A stretch of DNA of 64,000 bases from Lepidodermella squamata (GCA_047495785.1 JBLDXI010000013.1:1860001-1924000); one strand, 5' to 3'. Counted from the first letter of the stretch, positions 25,929 to 39,685 are shown. A program made the numbers and translations. The notes: generated by a model not told the origin, from the letters alone.

Positions 25929-28510
25929 CTAGGCTTTATCTTCGTCAGAAGTAGCTCCATAATTTGTTTCCTCCTCCATAGCAGTAGCAGATTTGGCCTC
26001 CACCTTATCAGCAGTAACGTCTTCCTTCTTTTTGGCAGATCCATAAACGTCATCGACGTAAACGTAGAAATAACTCATGATTCCAAAAATAACGGACACG
26101 ACAACCATTGAACCAGCGAAGACGAAAAATTCAATGGCTTTGTTTGGTATGTCAAAATTGATGATAACCAGATCTATAAGATTACCAAACGAAACAGTGA
26201 GCATCCAAACAGCTTGCAAGGCCGATTTCATCGAAGCAGGAGCCTAAAATTTATCCTGAATAAAATGAACAAAATCGGTCGAATGGCTTTACCTGTGAAA
26301 AGGCGAAAGATAGACCAGTTATAGAGAACATGACCTCCGACCAAGTTAGCAGCAAATAAGCGAAAAATTGCCAGAAAACATTGACAGCATGTGGTTGCTT
26401 ATCAACCCAAAGCTCAACTTTGCCAGGGCTTGACGATCCGTAAACCATGGTGTAAGCTCCGCCTTCTCGCAAAGTAAACCATTCAGATAGACTGGTGTTA
26501 GCTTTGTCATCAATTTTCAGCCGAAAGCGGCCAGGTCTCTCCAATTGATGATAAGCCAGAGTTTTGATATCGCTGGGTTTTGTGCTGTTAAAAATAGGAC
26601 TGTCACCGGGAGACAAAACTTGTATGTCGTTCACATCTTCATTTTCAGTATAGACGGCAAGCTGAACAACATTCAGGTATTCACTGCCTTTAGGGAACGA
26701 ATTCATCGCCCCGTACCACTTAGCTTCACAGTTGCCAGATATTCTAAGGAATGAGATGGGTGTAATATCAGGGCCGATATTGATCGCACCATTTTCGCAG
26801 CTGCAAGATGATTGAATCTTCAGCTTTGGTATCTCTCCACTTCCTAGCCTTATTAATCCTGATTCGAGCGGCCCTAAACTCAGAACGTGGTTAGTACCAC
26901 TATATGTCACATTGTAGGTGCAGCTCTTATCAGCGTTGAAGGTACGAATGCGGTAGGTTGATGAATCAGAAAGGCTCATAGGATCATTCCCTGTTTGAAC
27001 GGCGATTTGAATAAAGCCGATGATGACGAAAGACATGGCACACAGAAAACAACCAGTAACCATCCGCTGCAAAGGTCTTACTAAAAAGTTCAGCTTTTTA
27101 GCGAAGGGATAAACAACTGCTTCAAAAAGAGGAACCGACAGAACAATGAGAAGGCCATTGAAAATTTGAATCTGCTCCGGCTGAACAGAAATATTGAGAG
27201 ATTCAATATAGCAATCCATATTTTGAGCTTGGAGGGTCCAACGAGAACCCTGTTGGTCGAAAAGCGCCCAGAAAAATGGCAGAGGCAAGAAGAGTAACAA
27301 TACTTTCAGCACTGATTTACAATCATTGACAAAGTTTTGCTAAACAGATCAATAATAATATGAAATTTTATTGTTATTCAAACACTACTTACCGATACAT
27401 CATTACCAACAGCGCGATCTAACCAGTGGTTAGCAGGAGCTCGTTCTCTTTTAAACAACTCGACAGTGGCGAGGTAAATAACCTTGCATAGTTTGAGTGG
27501 CGAATCTCCAGTTACAGGAACACGCTTATAGAAAGGAGTGCCAATAAGAAACAGGATCAACGCGACAATCATCAGTAACGCCGGCAAGCCAAACGCAATC
27601 AACCAGCAGGAAGTACCAAAACATTTCACAGCTGAATGAGACAATTCATGGTTCGACGAAATGAAATAAGTATATTGCTTCTCTTACTCTTCAACTCGGG
27701 TGTAATAATTTGCGATAGGAGAGCTCCGGCGTTAATAGCAACGTAAAATAGAGAGAAGAAGGACTCTTGCGCCTTGGCCATAGTTGCAGGGAATTGGTCA
27801 GCGCCGAATGCAGATACACAAGGTTTTATTCCTCCTGTTCCAACAGCTATTATAAAAGTCCCCGCAATAGCCCCAGAAAGATATCCGCCATTCAAAGAAG
27901 TTAGCGCCATCACAACATTTCCGATTACATAAACAATCGACAAGGATAGAATAGTCCTAAATAGAAAGTGTTAACCGCAAACCGCAAATACTGATGCCAA
28001 CAACTTACCTATAGCGGCCGATGAAAGAATCCGCCAGTATAGCCCCGAGGACCGGTGTAAAGTAAGCGACCATAGTGGATGCATGAAACAGAGAACTCGC
28101 AGTTGTTGCCGCAAGGTTCAGTTGCACGATCAAGTAAGTTTGAAGAATTGCTAAACACATTAACATTATGACAGCGCGAAGCATAAAGAAAACGCATTCT
28201 CACCTCGCATGCCATAGAAGCAAAATCTTTCGCAGAATTCATTTCCAATGATCAGGAATACGTGTTTGGGATATTCTTTACGGCAATATGTAGCTCCACA
28301 CTGCGATAGAAAGCGTTATTAGGTCCATTTGATCGCATCAATTCATTAACAACAACCTTACGCGATTGCGCCTCGTCATCAGGCACTCCATTCTCTTTTG
28401 GGACAAAGGGCTCAGCTGTAAATATTAGAAAGCATGATGGTTCATGATGCGGCTTGCTGCAACCTGTACATACCCTCTTCTGAAAGCTGCCGGACTAGTT
28501 TCATCATCAT
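25929..28510 (-). CDS. SLC15/PEPT1-2-like oligopeptide transporter, copy B (tandem duplicate); possible alternative first exon at 29707-29656
   Basis: NEFCERFCFYGMR, GTGGIKPCVSAFGADQF, FWALFDQQGSRW, SITGLSFAFSQAPASMKS. Confidence 0.9.
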
Positions 28511-30933
28511 AAAATCACCAGGTTAGTACCAAATACACCAGTATGAAATGGCAAGAGTGGAGACTTTAACCGGATAAAGTCATCAGATAACAGAATAGGG
28601 TAGAGATTTGACTAGGAAATGAGCCCCGGTTACAGGGTGCAGTAAATCCACGAGGTCTCCCTAAGTCTTTTCCCAAGGGGAGTTGACACAAAAAAACTTG
28701 GGAAAAAATGTCACCTGCTCGGAAAAAGCACGCGCCAAAAGGTAAAACAATTTTCACATTTATTAATATTTTCATAATTATTTTGAGCTAACAATTTTTT
28801 TGATGGAAAGTTTTATTAGTTAACATTATTTAGTCGCAGTAAATTGCATTATTGCGCGGGCAATTTGAATGCGAAACTTGTTTGTACACTGCTTTCTGAT
28901 CGAAATTGAAGTCGGCCCTCAAAGAACTTGGTATCATTTTACAAAATTTCACCACAGACTCACTGCGAAAAATGGCTATTTTTATATACTTTGACTTTTT
29001 TCATTTGTCAACGAAACAGGCTCCTACAATAGAAACGGCTCTTCTGGTGATTTGCGGTAGGCTAGTGCCAACAATAACTTCTGAGGAATTCGTCTCTGTC
29101 AACTTGAGAAAAAGGCTCAGAACGAGACTATAATGTTGCCTGGTTTACATCATCAGCCCGCTGTGTTGTAGCCACTTGCGGCTTATATGATCTTCTGGGT
29201 TAACGCTTAAAACATAACTGCCGTATCTCGTGAGTAACGATAGGAGCTGTTGGATTTTCAGCTGTTTGCACAATTACTCGAATTGAAACTACCCACGGCT
29301 AACTACACCAAGAACTTGATGCTACACTAAATGTTCCATGTATACCGAAATTTTCACAGAAAATACCCGATTGTTCAGTCGTTTCGGTATTTTCGTCTTT
29401 GCATGATTTGCGCGAGTCATCGGGATTTTTCAATGGGATATAATGGGATTGATGGGTCTTGCAGTCACTTATGACATTTATGACAGTAACTTGGCGGCCT
29501 CGAAAAATAATAGCATGATATATTTACCCAATACCAAATTATTCCCTTTTTGAAATAAAGGGAATAATCAATAAATTATATAACTCCTTTCGAGCTCATA
29601 AATGTTTTTGCCCAAAATCCGATGTCATAGTTTTCAATGGGTTTTAGCAACTCACCTTTGCCGTCTCCCTGCTTGTCGTCTCCCTTGACAGCTGCGGTAT
29701 TTTCCATCGTTAAGTGTTCTTCGTCATCATGTAAGCAAATCTAAATTTAATGAAAAACCGCAAGTTTGCAGCTGTTCTGGAAAGCTGTTCGCATCTGGGA
29801 TTCGGCTGTTCAAAATGTGTAGAATTGATAGAAAAGCTGGTGACTCATTTGATCAATAAATAATAACTATGATTAATAAACATATTGCAAAGGCGTTCTG
29901 GTTATTCGGGAAGTTAATTGCATGCGCTAATTTTCAACTGAACATCTTGGAACTGAGGACATTGGGTTGGCAAATTTAGGCTGGCGGATGAGAGATTTTG
30001 GGAATTCTGTCAAGCTCGTATTCCAACAGCTCGTATATGTTTAGCTGTTGGGGAATTATATACCTGTCGACGCCGCCTGTTCATTAAGTACTTCATGAAA
30101 TACTTGTTAGCACGATGTCTATGCTTGAGCAGTGAACAAATGGAGACGAACAAAATTGCGTCTATCTACTTATAAGAAGCAAGAAGACTACATAATTTAA
30201 ATTACACAATCTTGCGCTAAATGGGCTGATTTTATCACTTTGTAATGTTTCTTCAATGCGAAGAGCTGGCTGGTGAGTTGGCCTATTACATTTGGAGTGT
30301 GCGTTTTACAAACCCTGTTCAAAACCATTGCTGGGTTACAAGAAGGAAAAATCTTCTTTCAAATAATTTATCAGGCATTTAAGCGTTAGTGACAAGTTAC
30401 ATAATTTATACTTGGTATGAAATGCAGTAAATGTCGATGGTTATGATAGGTCGCTTTAATCGACCTAGTATACTAGCCAATGTGGAAGATAATCTCCTAA
30501 GATGCCATACTATAGCTACTCAAGAACAGGCACCCTAATTATTTACCGCCGTAAAAGTAAGTTACTCTACCAGCAATACGCTTGGGAACGGGTGCGTCAA
30601 TCAATATTTACCCATCATTGTCGCAATATTAGGCCTCTCCTTATTGCTAATTATACATAATACCTACGTACTTGAGCATGTTATCTTCATGCAGGCCATA
30701 ACCCAGGTAAAACATCATCAAAGTTATATAAAGTTTATTTATTTCAAAGCAATTCATTATAAGCTTTGCTGATTTTACAACAAAATAATGATAATCATAA
30801 TATCGTATTCAGTAAACAGTTTGAAAATAAGTATTGGTAAAGTCATCCTAAGAACGCATGTGAGGATAGAAGGCTGATTATTCTTCCGGTCAGGTGTGCG
30901 AACTTGTGGTTAAAGGTATAACATTCGTTTGAC

Positions 30934-33322
30934 TTATTTCTTCTTCTTTTTCTTCGGCGCCTGAGCTTTGCGCTTAGTCTTCTGTTCGATCAGCTCATTT
31001 GCTTGTTTCTTGAGGTTGGTGCGAGATAGTACCTGGAATAAAGACAACGTATTAAGATTTATGGAGAAATTTTATTTTTAATATTATTACTTCAGCCCCG
31101 GCATCGTCCTGCTCATCTTCGTCCTCGGCATAGAGCTGATCTTTCTTAGAATCGGCCAGGTGAATTCTTGTGTTGTAAGCTGGTAGCTTTCCTTCAAGAG
31201 CCATATGAAATTCCTCCTCCATCATTGCCTTTCGTAAATCGTCCTCCTTTTCGTTCACGAGTTCATCCATAAGTTTGATAAGTTTTTCTTCGCAAACAGA
31301 AAGCAGATCAAGAACGTATTCGTCACTGGCAGGATTGATTTTCGCCCCAGCGACGCCTCCCTTCGCCTAAAATCATCAAATTTTGGAATATTTTTACAGT
31401 CAAAGGTTGAAAGACTCACAGTCTTGATATGCTGAAGCTTTTCGTGAAGATGTTCGACTCCTGAGCGAATATCACTAAGCACGTGAGTATTTCTTTGAAG
31501 ACGGCGGTCGGTTTCGCGAAGCTCGTCTTCCTCGCTTTGGACATAACTGCGGAACTGCTCCAACATTCGTTCACCCCTTAAAAATCATCATTTAGTTTTG
31601 TAAACTAGTTTATTTGTTGACTTACTGTGACAGACGGGCTTCTCCAGTATACTTCTTCTGCTCGTATTCAGATTGCAGGCGCAATTTTTCCTCCTTAAGG
31701 CGCGCAATTTGTTTCTCGTTCTCGACTTTTAGCTCTTCCAAATGACGTCTGGTCTCACCTTGGCTCAAAAATCGCTGAACGACTTCCTATAGGTTTACAA
31801 ATGTCATTCTGAAATTCTCTTTATTCGTTATTAAGGTATCAAACCTTCATGTCAGCGACACCAGTTGCTTCCTTGATTTTCTGGAAAGCTTCTTCGTACG
31901 AAGTAGTCTTCTCACGATCAACGTCGTCATTCCGTTTTTCTTGCGTCGTTTCAGTTTGCTCGCCGAACGCAGCTTCATGTCGCGTCTGAGCGAAGCATAA
32001 AAGATTCAAGTGAAACGTCAGAGTTTGAAAATAATGGTTGATAGGTTACACGGAGATACCCATCATGCGAAATGGTTTATAGAGGGGTCTAAAAAATATT
32101 CGGGACAATATTCCGCAGTAATTATATGAGGAATAAATTATAGTAGGTTACGGCAACATAATGGAAGCTACAATTTACCGACAAATTCTTCCAATCATTC
32201 TACGCGGAAAACGCAAGACCAAGTTGTTGATGAATCAGTTCAGTACATTGTGCAGTTTTTATTTAATTTAAATATTTAGCTAAATAAAAACTTACGATGC
32301 GGCGCTCCATGCGTTCTTGTTGCTGTCGTCTTTCTTCAGCTTCACGACGAAGCTGCTGCAAGTCTTGGTCACGGTGCTTCTTGTCAGCATATATTTGCTC
32401 CTCGTGACGTCGTAACTCTTTCTGTGCGGTTTCTTTGGACAGCACGGCATCGCGATGAACTTGTCTCAGGTCTGAAATACAGAAAAGACGGATAACGCAC
32501 TCAGAGATAAACCGCAAAACGGAAGCTTGCCTTCAACTTCCGCTTTGGTTTTCCTGATTTCTCGCTCCAGATCGTTGATGCGATTCGGGTAATTTTTCGC
32601 CTCCTGAGCATCAAATAGTTTTGAAAATCTTTCGCACAAATATAGTGCTATAAACACACCTCTTCGAGTTTAACCCTAATCTGATGGTAAGTTCTTGCAA
32701 TGTGCTCGGCTTCCTGCAGCTTCAAAATAGCCTTGTCTAAGCGGTTTTCCACTGATCGCTGTCTTTCGACTTCTTCTGATTCGACGGCATCGGCCTGCGC
32801 AACAACAGCGGCGTCTTTGTTCATTCCTTCGTACAGCGTTTTCAGCTCTTCCAGGCGGCGTTCGCGCCGTTCTCGTTCATGGCGCAGGCTGTTCAACCGC
32901 TTTTGATGGTCACTGACCATTCCATCCATTCGGTTAATCGCTTGCTGGCAACAATAAATAATTTTTAGATAATTCAACTCAATCAGTAATTGCCTTACTT
33001 CTCCAGTCTTATTCTTCATCGAAGCACGTATAACAGGTTTGTTGTGAAAGGCTTCGTTAATGACATGGTCATCAGCCTGTAAACAGAATAGTTTATATAA
33101 AATTCGAAATTCATTATCAGATAGATCCTAGAGACTGACCGCAAGACTGTCCTTGAGTTTCTTTCGCAATTCAGTGTTTTCTTTTCTCATTTGAGCAATC
33201 TTCTCCTTGTTTTGCTTAATATTCCATTGAGAGCTTTCATAATAAGCCTTACGATCGCCCTCGAGAAGGGCGATTTTCGACTTGAGCTCCTCAATGTCTT
33301 CGACAATTGCATTGCCGGACAT
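30934..33322 (-). CDS. ODAD3: Outer dynein arm docking complex subunit 3 (CCDC151), multi-exon coiled-coil protein
   Basis: [58 protein letters not shown] and terminal [20 protein letters not shown] match the CCDC151 family. Confidence 0.85.
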
Positions 33323-33776
33323 TTTTGGATAAAAGTCTATAAAGGTGAACATTAAGTGAATGTTAATTTGCGCTGAAATGAAAGGGATATGAATTGTGCC
33401 CTGTTGATAGCTCAAGAGTGCAAATACCAGATAGTTAGTTCGTTAGTTTTATTTTTTGCTCCCAACAGGTTACAGGTTTTTAGGTATCTATCATATAGAT
33501 ACTAAATGGTTATATTTATCACATATATATTGATAAATCTGGAGTCAGGGACACTTATGCGTCCTATCGAGATATGTTCTAGGTTATGTTTTAGGATAAC
33601 AAACACTCGTGAAAATAAACAATTGATTGGGCCATATACATATATGTTATTAACAGCTCTGCGTTTCGTTAAAATGTTTGCCGCCTCGCGCATTATTTCT
33701 GATGGGAGTTAAGGTGGAGGTTGTTAGGCAGGATGGCACAAAAACAGAGTGGCCATGTAAAGCCGCAAATACCAAC

Positions 33777-33790
33777 GTTGCCATGATCAC
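33777..33790. promoter_or_regulatory. RFX X-box-like motif upstream of the ciliary gene ODAD3
   Basis: GTTGCCATGATCAC, with one perfect half-site, about 455 bp upstream of the ATG; forkhead-type TAAACA near 33616. Confidence 0.35.
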
Positions 33791-34775
33791 CAAATAAATG
33801 TAATTAATTAGTTTATCTATAATAATACAATTCATATTAATTTTTGTAAAAGTAACAATTATAAATGAAGATTTTTTGACATGTGACTACGTCATGTGAC
33901 GCCGGTAACTGCCGACGGGTGGCACAACGGCGGCCAGCCTAAGTTTTGGGTGTTGGTTGAAAGCTGCATTCTGACAAGTTAGCACTGGTTGCTGAGCCAT
34001 CAGACTATTAGTAATGGTTATTTCTCATTTTGATATGAATCTATAATGTAATGCTCGTCTTGTTCACGATGGCCAAGGAATCCTCACAATGAAACTCTTA
34101 GTTAACAGCTCATGTTTAACAATAAACTCGAGATGACGCTCTTCAATCAATAGTCCGAAGATATATAGTTCAACTTTGAGCCAACTTGAACGTACAATAA
34201 GCTGTTAATTATGCCGGGTGACTTTATTTATCTTCGGACTAAATCGCTGCCTTAAAAGTAGGATTTCAATGTTAGGGAGTTTTTTCCAATGTTACATGTT
34301 ATTCCGCGGTGAAGCCGGTAAGTTTGTTGGGCTCACCTTATGTTGATTTGCTCATCAGATTCATGACATAACAATGCAGAAACATGAAAAATTTTAAAAT
34401 TCATCGAAAAGGGGCAAGTGTTAGCCGCCTTGGCGAAATATGTACCGTAGTCTGCAATGGAAAAATGGTTTTGTCTTGATGGTTCTTGGTTCTTGAGGTT
34501 GGAGATACAAATGATATGAGTTAATTGTATTGATTAATCCGACTTGAAAGCGCCGACAATAAGAATGGTATTTCTCGATATGATTATTATGTAGCTTTCA
34601 ATTGAATTTCCAGCTCAAATCAGCTCAGTGAGACGTGACAAGATACGACATTCTTTCATTGTTAAATTCCGGGGCCTCTATTTCTTGAAGTATTACCATC
34701 TTTTCTCAGTAGTGCTTAGTGCTCATTATGTATTTACTATTTACTCATTATAACTCATTATTTTGCTTGTGTAGG

Positions 34776-35407
34776 ATGGCGTTAATAATGAGCGCAATTG
34801 TAGCGCGTCAAAGCTGCCTGTTTTATCGTGCATTGGAGAGTGGGGTTAAGCTTGGTCCCATTTGTTGCAACCTTAGCTCTGATCCATCAGCGGCATCTTC
34901 TTATGATGCTTATAACAGTTACCACGTAGCAGCACCTTATAAAAAATACAAAAGTGAACCAGGCCGTCGCCATGGATATAGAGCGAAGTTCTACGCTGGC
35001 GGCCCTCTGCCTCAGATGGACACCGAAAAACCTTTGCCTTTCCCTGAGTACAAAGCTAAAGATCCATTCATTCCAGAGAAGGCTTATTTCGGCCAGAACG
35101 ATTTCATTGGTGAGTTGATAGCGAAGTTGCATGATATGAAGATGAATGTCTACTTTCAACAGATATACTCGGCGATGGTTCCATCTCACCGTGGGAATTG
35201 ATGGATGGCCCTGTTTGGCTTCGCGGTTTTCGAGGCAATGAGTTGCAGCGATTGATCAGACGACTGCGCTTCGAGTACGACGATCTTGCGGCGGAGCGGC
35301 CGAGAGAGCTGCACGAAATTCAGAAACGAATCCGCTTTCTTTACCGGCGTTTCAATCGCTATCGTCGTGACGAGTTCAGAGACAATTTGTTTGTTCAAAA
35401 GCAGTAA
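34776..35407 (+). CDS. MRPL51: Mitochondrial ribosomal protein L51; exons 34776-35109, 35163-35407
   Basis: FGQNDFIDILGDG..GPVWLRGFRGNELQRLIRR..KRIRFLYRRFNR signature. Confidence 0.9.
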
Positions 35408-36267
35408 ACAACAAAATATCCACACGGTCGAAATGTTGTTACGTTGCTGTATATCTAGTCACCGTGTTTTCTGAAGTAGATGCCATTTGCTATATAACCT
35501 ATAAAATAAAAGAGTCTTCATGCGCCACTGCATGTTGCTGTTTTTAATCAGCTCATTGTATCGTCTTTTTTCTGGTAAAATAACACCCGCCATACGAAAA
35601 ACAAGTGTCAAGTCATGTCGAGTACATCATTTCCGGGTGTGTGTGAGCAATTCTCCCCGTGTCGGTCGGTGTTGTGCATCAGTTCAAGGGCAACATCTTC
35701 AGACTTACCGAATGAATAACTGAGCGTGTCACAAATGTGTTGCTGCGTAAATAGTAAGACAGAGATGGGCGAAAAAAGACCGAGTTGAGGGGCTTTATAG
35801 AGCCGCCGACGTGCCCTTTCCGGGCCGCTTGAATTCAATAATCCTGCGGCGACGGCGATTGACGGAACCGCGTGGCCGGCCGCTAGCTACAACATGTACA
35901 CACCGCTTTAGTCACGCAGGAGTGTTTGCGGACACTCCCATCCCATTCCACCCCGCCACACACTTTAACGAGCAATAAACAGAGTCTCGGCGCGTAATGC
36001 GCTATGAAAGCGCCGATGAGCCGAAAGAGCATATTCGCGACCGGCCAGCGTAAACACTAGTAAGCAGCCGGCGACGTTTACACCGCTAACAAGGCAGCAT
36101 CGCACGAACTTACGTGCCCATCATTTGCCGCAATTATACAAGTCACATAATTATTACACAATTGAGATAATTCCATGATTGACCTTGTTATCACCTTGCC
36201 TATTCCCTACCTCAGCTGAATCATCATTCCGATTACTTTTACTAGAATTGATAATTTATTTTCAAAA

Positions 36268-37030
36268 ATGGCTTCGACAGCCGCTTTGACAGTGATTGCG
36301 ACTGTTTTATTCGCATCAACTGCCCGGGCGTTCCCTGTAAACTTTTTTGAAAATGCCCTGCAGAATTTTCGGCTCAACGATTCCGCTGTTGAACAGCACA
36401 TTCAAGAAGGTTCGAAATCGTAGTGTTAACAAGATTTTTACGTTTTATCTAATATTAAATAATTTAGTAACTCGGGACATACTCAATAACCCTCAGATCA
36501 TGACCTTGTTTACCCAAATTCGGTCCGAAGTTGCGACTATGGTGAAGCAAATCGAAGATGTTGAAATTAAGAAACATGGCAAGAACTCAGAAGAGCAACC
36601 TCTTCAATTCGATCAAACGACGGTGGCATCAGTGCCTTCAACCGCCAACTGGACAGGTAAAATAGCTAAAATAATCAAACCCCGCTTTCTGCTTGACAAT
36701 TAATAATACCAATAGTCGAAAAATGCTAACAAAATCTGTTTCTATTGTATTGTAGAGCAAATTCGTTCTCGCTTAGTTTCCACGCAGCCGCTTCTTGTTC
36801 GCAATCGTAGGCAACAACAACAGACCTTGTTGTGCGGTCTTGCGAACCTGATAAATAGCGTAGCTGTGTCGATGACCGTCGGCATTCTAGAGACCCAGCT
36901 GAATATGTTGCCGCAAGATTTCCGCAATTTTATCAAGTCCGTCGTAGCGCAATCAATAGCACTGTCGATAAACCAAATTTTCGGACAGTTTACCAACTCA
37001 CCAACATGCATCGACATGGGCAAGAAATGA
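36268..37030 (+). CDS. Secreted prepropeptide, isoform A; exons 36268-36409, 36468-36656, 36756-37030
   Basis: Signal peptide MASTAALTVIATVLFASTARA, pro-region, RNRR|QQQQ furin site, C-x57-C, terminal GKK*. Confidence 0.8.
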
Positions 37031-37256
37031 CACCAGCCATCTCGAGACATTTCTTACTGCTAACCCTGCGTCTTGCTTTTCATACACATTAACATCTGTT
37101 TTTATTGTGCTTTGATAGCAATAAAATTCATGAAGTGTGCGTTGCTTCATAGTAAAATTATAACGATGTTGAGCATCATCTGCCGAACGCAAATAACAAT
37201 AAAAAAGCAGTAACATTTTAAACCCATGATTATTACCTGCAATGCTATTTTCAAAG

Positions 37257-37673
37257 ACATTTTGGCGTCAGTCAAGTTAGCCAGGTCGCGCCGTCAAGCC
37301 GAGTTGCTAGCCGGCTTGTTGGGCGGCGGTGGTGGCGGACTTGGCGCGCTTCTCGGTGGCGGAGGGGGTGGAACGGAGGGTGGCGAGGGTTCAAGTGGCG
37401 CCGGCAACCTGATTTGTACCATTGGATCAATCGTATATTCGACCGTTTCGTCTACTGTTTTGAACAGTATCAACACTGCTCTAGGAGAAAACGTGGCGCC
37501 TTGGGCGAAGGGTGTGTTTTCAATCGGGAAATATTTCATTCGATTTTTATTTCTGACAAATAGATATAATCAATGGTCTTTTGCAAACGAGTCTTACTAC
37601 AGGTTTCCGCGAAGTATTTCGACTTTTGACCAATGGAGAAACGTGCATTAGCGCCGGGCCAGAAGCTGGCTAA
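37257..37673 (+). CDS. Second mature-peptide cassette (putative alternative terminal exons 37257-37511, 37564-37673) of the 36268 gene
   Basis: Phase-1 acceptor matches the donor at 36657; RSRR|Q; Gly-rich linker; C-x58-C homologous to cassette A; terminal G*; no signal peptide of its own. Confidence 0.7.
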
Positions 37674-38376
37674 ATTGAGCTGTGAATGTCCTTCAAAAAC
37701 TTATAAGATTGGATTATATTTTTGTAAGAAATATTTTTCTTCCCCATTGTAGCTTTATATGCATGTTTTAGACGCTTTCGCTTAAGCGATAGCATGTCCC
37801 ATTTTAGACTCCCGTTGAAAGTAAAACTGGACTGATGAAAGCTTGTTCAACATTTTACAGACATCAGTATAGTAGAGTTATATACTGCGTGACGTTCCCG
37901 CGAGTCTCGCTGGAAGCTGAGGGGAAAAATAAGATACCCGCGTCGCTGACACTAACCCATGATTGTGCTACAAAAGATAGGATCAGTATTTCCCGGCTCC
38001 AGAGATAATGCACGAAGCAACTGATTTTCCCGTCATAATATCTACTGGGCGAAAAGCCAACTATTTTACGAACCAATTATTATTTGTCCTTGATTCAAGG
38101 TCAACAGCGAACTATAGCAATGTTCCTCTGCGCCGGGCTCCCTTCCTTTCTCTTGTCCCAAATATAGGGCGCAGTATGTAATTAAAAAAGCCTTTAAGTG
38201 AAACGCTTTCATTTTTATTTTTTTCCATATTTCTCAATTTTTCATCAGACTGTTTTTCATACGGAAATATATAATAAGAATAATTGACAATCCGAACCAA
38301 AACGCTATATACAGAAGACAAAAAATACACAATTATTAATGTTAGTATTTACGTTCTACACACGACATATGGGCGC

Positions 38377-38392
38377 GCACACACACACACAC
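38377..38392. repeat. (CA)n microsatellite
   Basis: Run of CA dinucleotides in the probable PNUTS 3' region. Confidence 0.6.
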
Positions 38393-39685
38393 GACGCAAA
38401 AAAAGATACTGCCTAAGTTCCGAATGAGAAATAGATCTCTCACGACGCCGGCAGCAAGAATACTACTTAGAGGACACCTGTTGATCGTATGTCACTTTTT
38501 CGGTAATTACAACTTTCACCAAGCCGATCGTGACGCAAAAAACTAGCTGTAACGAGGCTTTCAACGTGGGTCAAGCGGCACGCGTGCGCTAACGGCACGT
38601 GCGTCAAAAAACCCACATGCGACGAGACTACTGGCAAGTGACACCTCGGCGTGCTCCTGAGACCACGCTTTTTAACACGGCGTGCACTCTTTCGTAGTAA
38701 TACCTCGTTTCGCGTCGAATCCACAGGTTGTTTCATTACACTCACAATCGCTGGAGCACAATCGTTTCGGGATAGCTGGTGGTCAAAAATAGGTAGTAAA
38801 AGGTTTTTACCGTTTTCCTTCTCCGATTTGCAGGCTAATTCGTTCATTATAACTGGTCGTTATTTCATGATTATTATCGCCACCGTTATGAACTTTTGCC
38901 ACGGGATTAAATGCTAATTAATATGGTGATTAATATTATGATTTCGTTTTCTTTCATTTCTCTTCAAATATATAAGAATATATATATATAAATCATCGTC
39001 ATCAAAACATCATCGAGAAAGCGAGAAGATTTGATGCAAAAAAACACGTGAAATACACAAATAATGGTAATGCCAAAACAAAGTCTCGCAGCAGCGGCGG
39101 CGGCTGGTGATACATATAGATATTTGTACATAGCAAAAATTCGCCCGCCTCGTCTGCTCACATTTATACATCGCAACAGAGAAGTAGAATAAGTATTTCA
39201 AGCCATCTTTTAACAATAATGAAATAGAAGTAACAAAGAGCACTTTATCCGCGCGTAATGAACAAAAAATTGTAGGTAGGAAGAGAGGAGTCGCGGCCTT
39301 CTCTTGTCACAATATAGCTTATAATAACACAGGGTGTCACGTGCAAAACGTTCCAACCGTGCGCATTTGATCGGTGCCGGTTTTTTTCCATATAATTATA
39401 TATATCGTCGAGGATCGAGAAATCACGCGTTGAAAGACGGCCATTATTATATATATTCCCTGTCAGAGTTTTCTCACTCTTTCATGTTCCGCTGCTGTTC
39501 CGAAAATAACAAAATAAGTGGCTGGCTTTGTGTTGGAATATGTTCACTTTTAACGATTATTATTATTATTTAGGCGACGAAAAAAGAAAGAACTAGAGAG
39601 TGTGTGTGCGCGCCATTTGAAAAACAGGAGAAGAGTTAGCTATAAGTTTTATTTTCCGGGGTGATTAAAAATCGTTGTCAACGCG

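Noticed and set aside
35760-36130. GC-rich stretch upstream of the prepropeptide gene as a possible ncRNA
   Set aside because: No recognisable snRNA, snoRNA or 5S motifs; more simply regulatory DNA.
37226-37256. ATG at 37226 as an independent start for cassette B
   Set aside because: MIITCNAIFK is not a signal peptide and overlaps the acceptor tract; a furin/amidation substrate needs entry to the secretory pathway.
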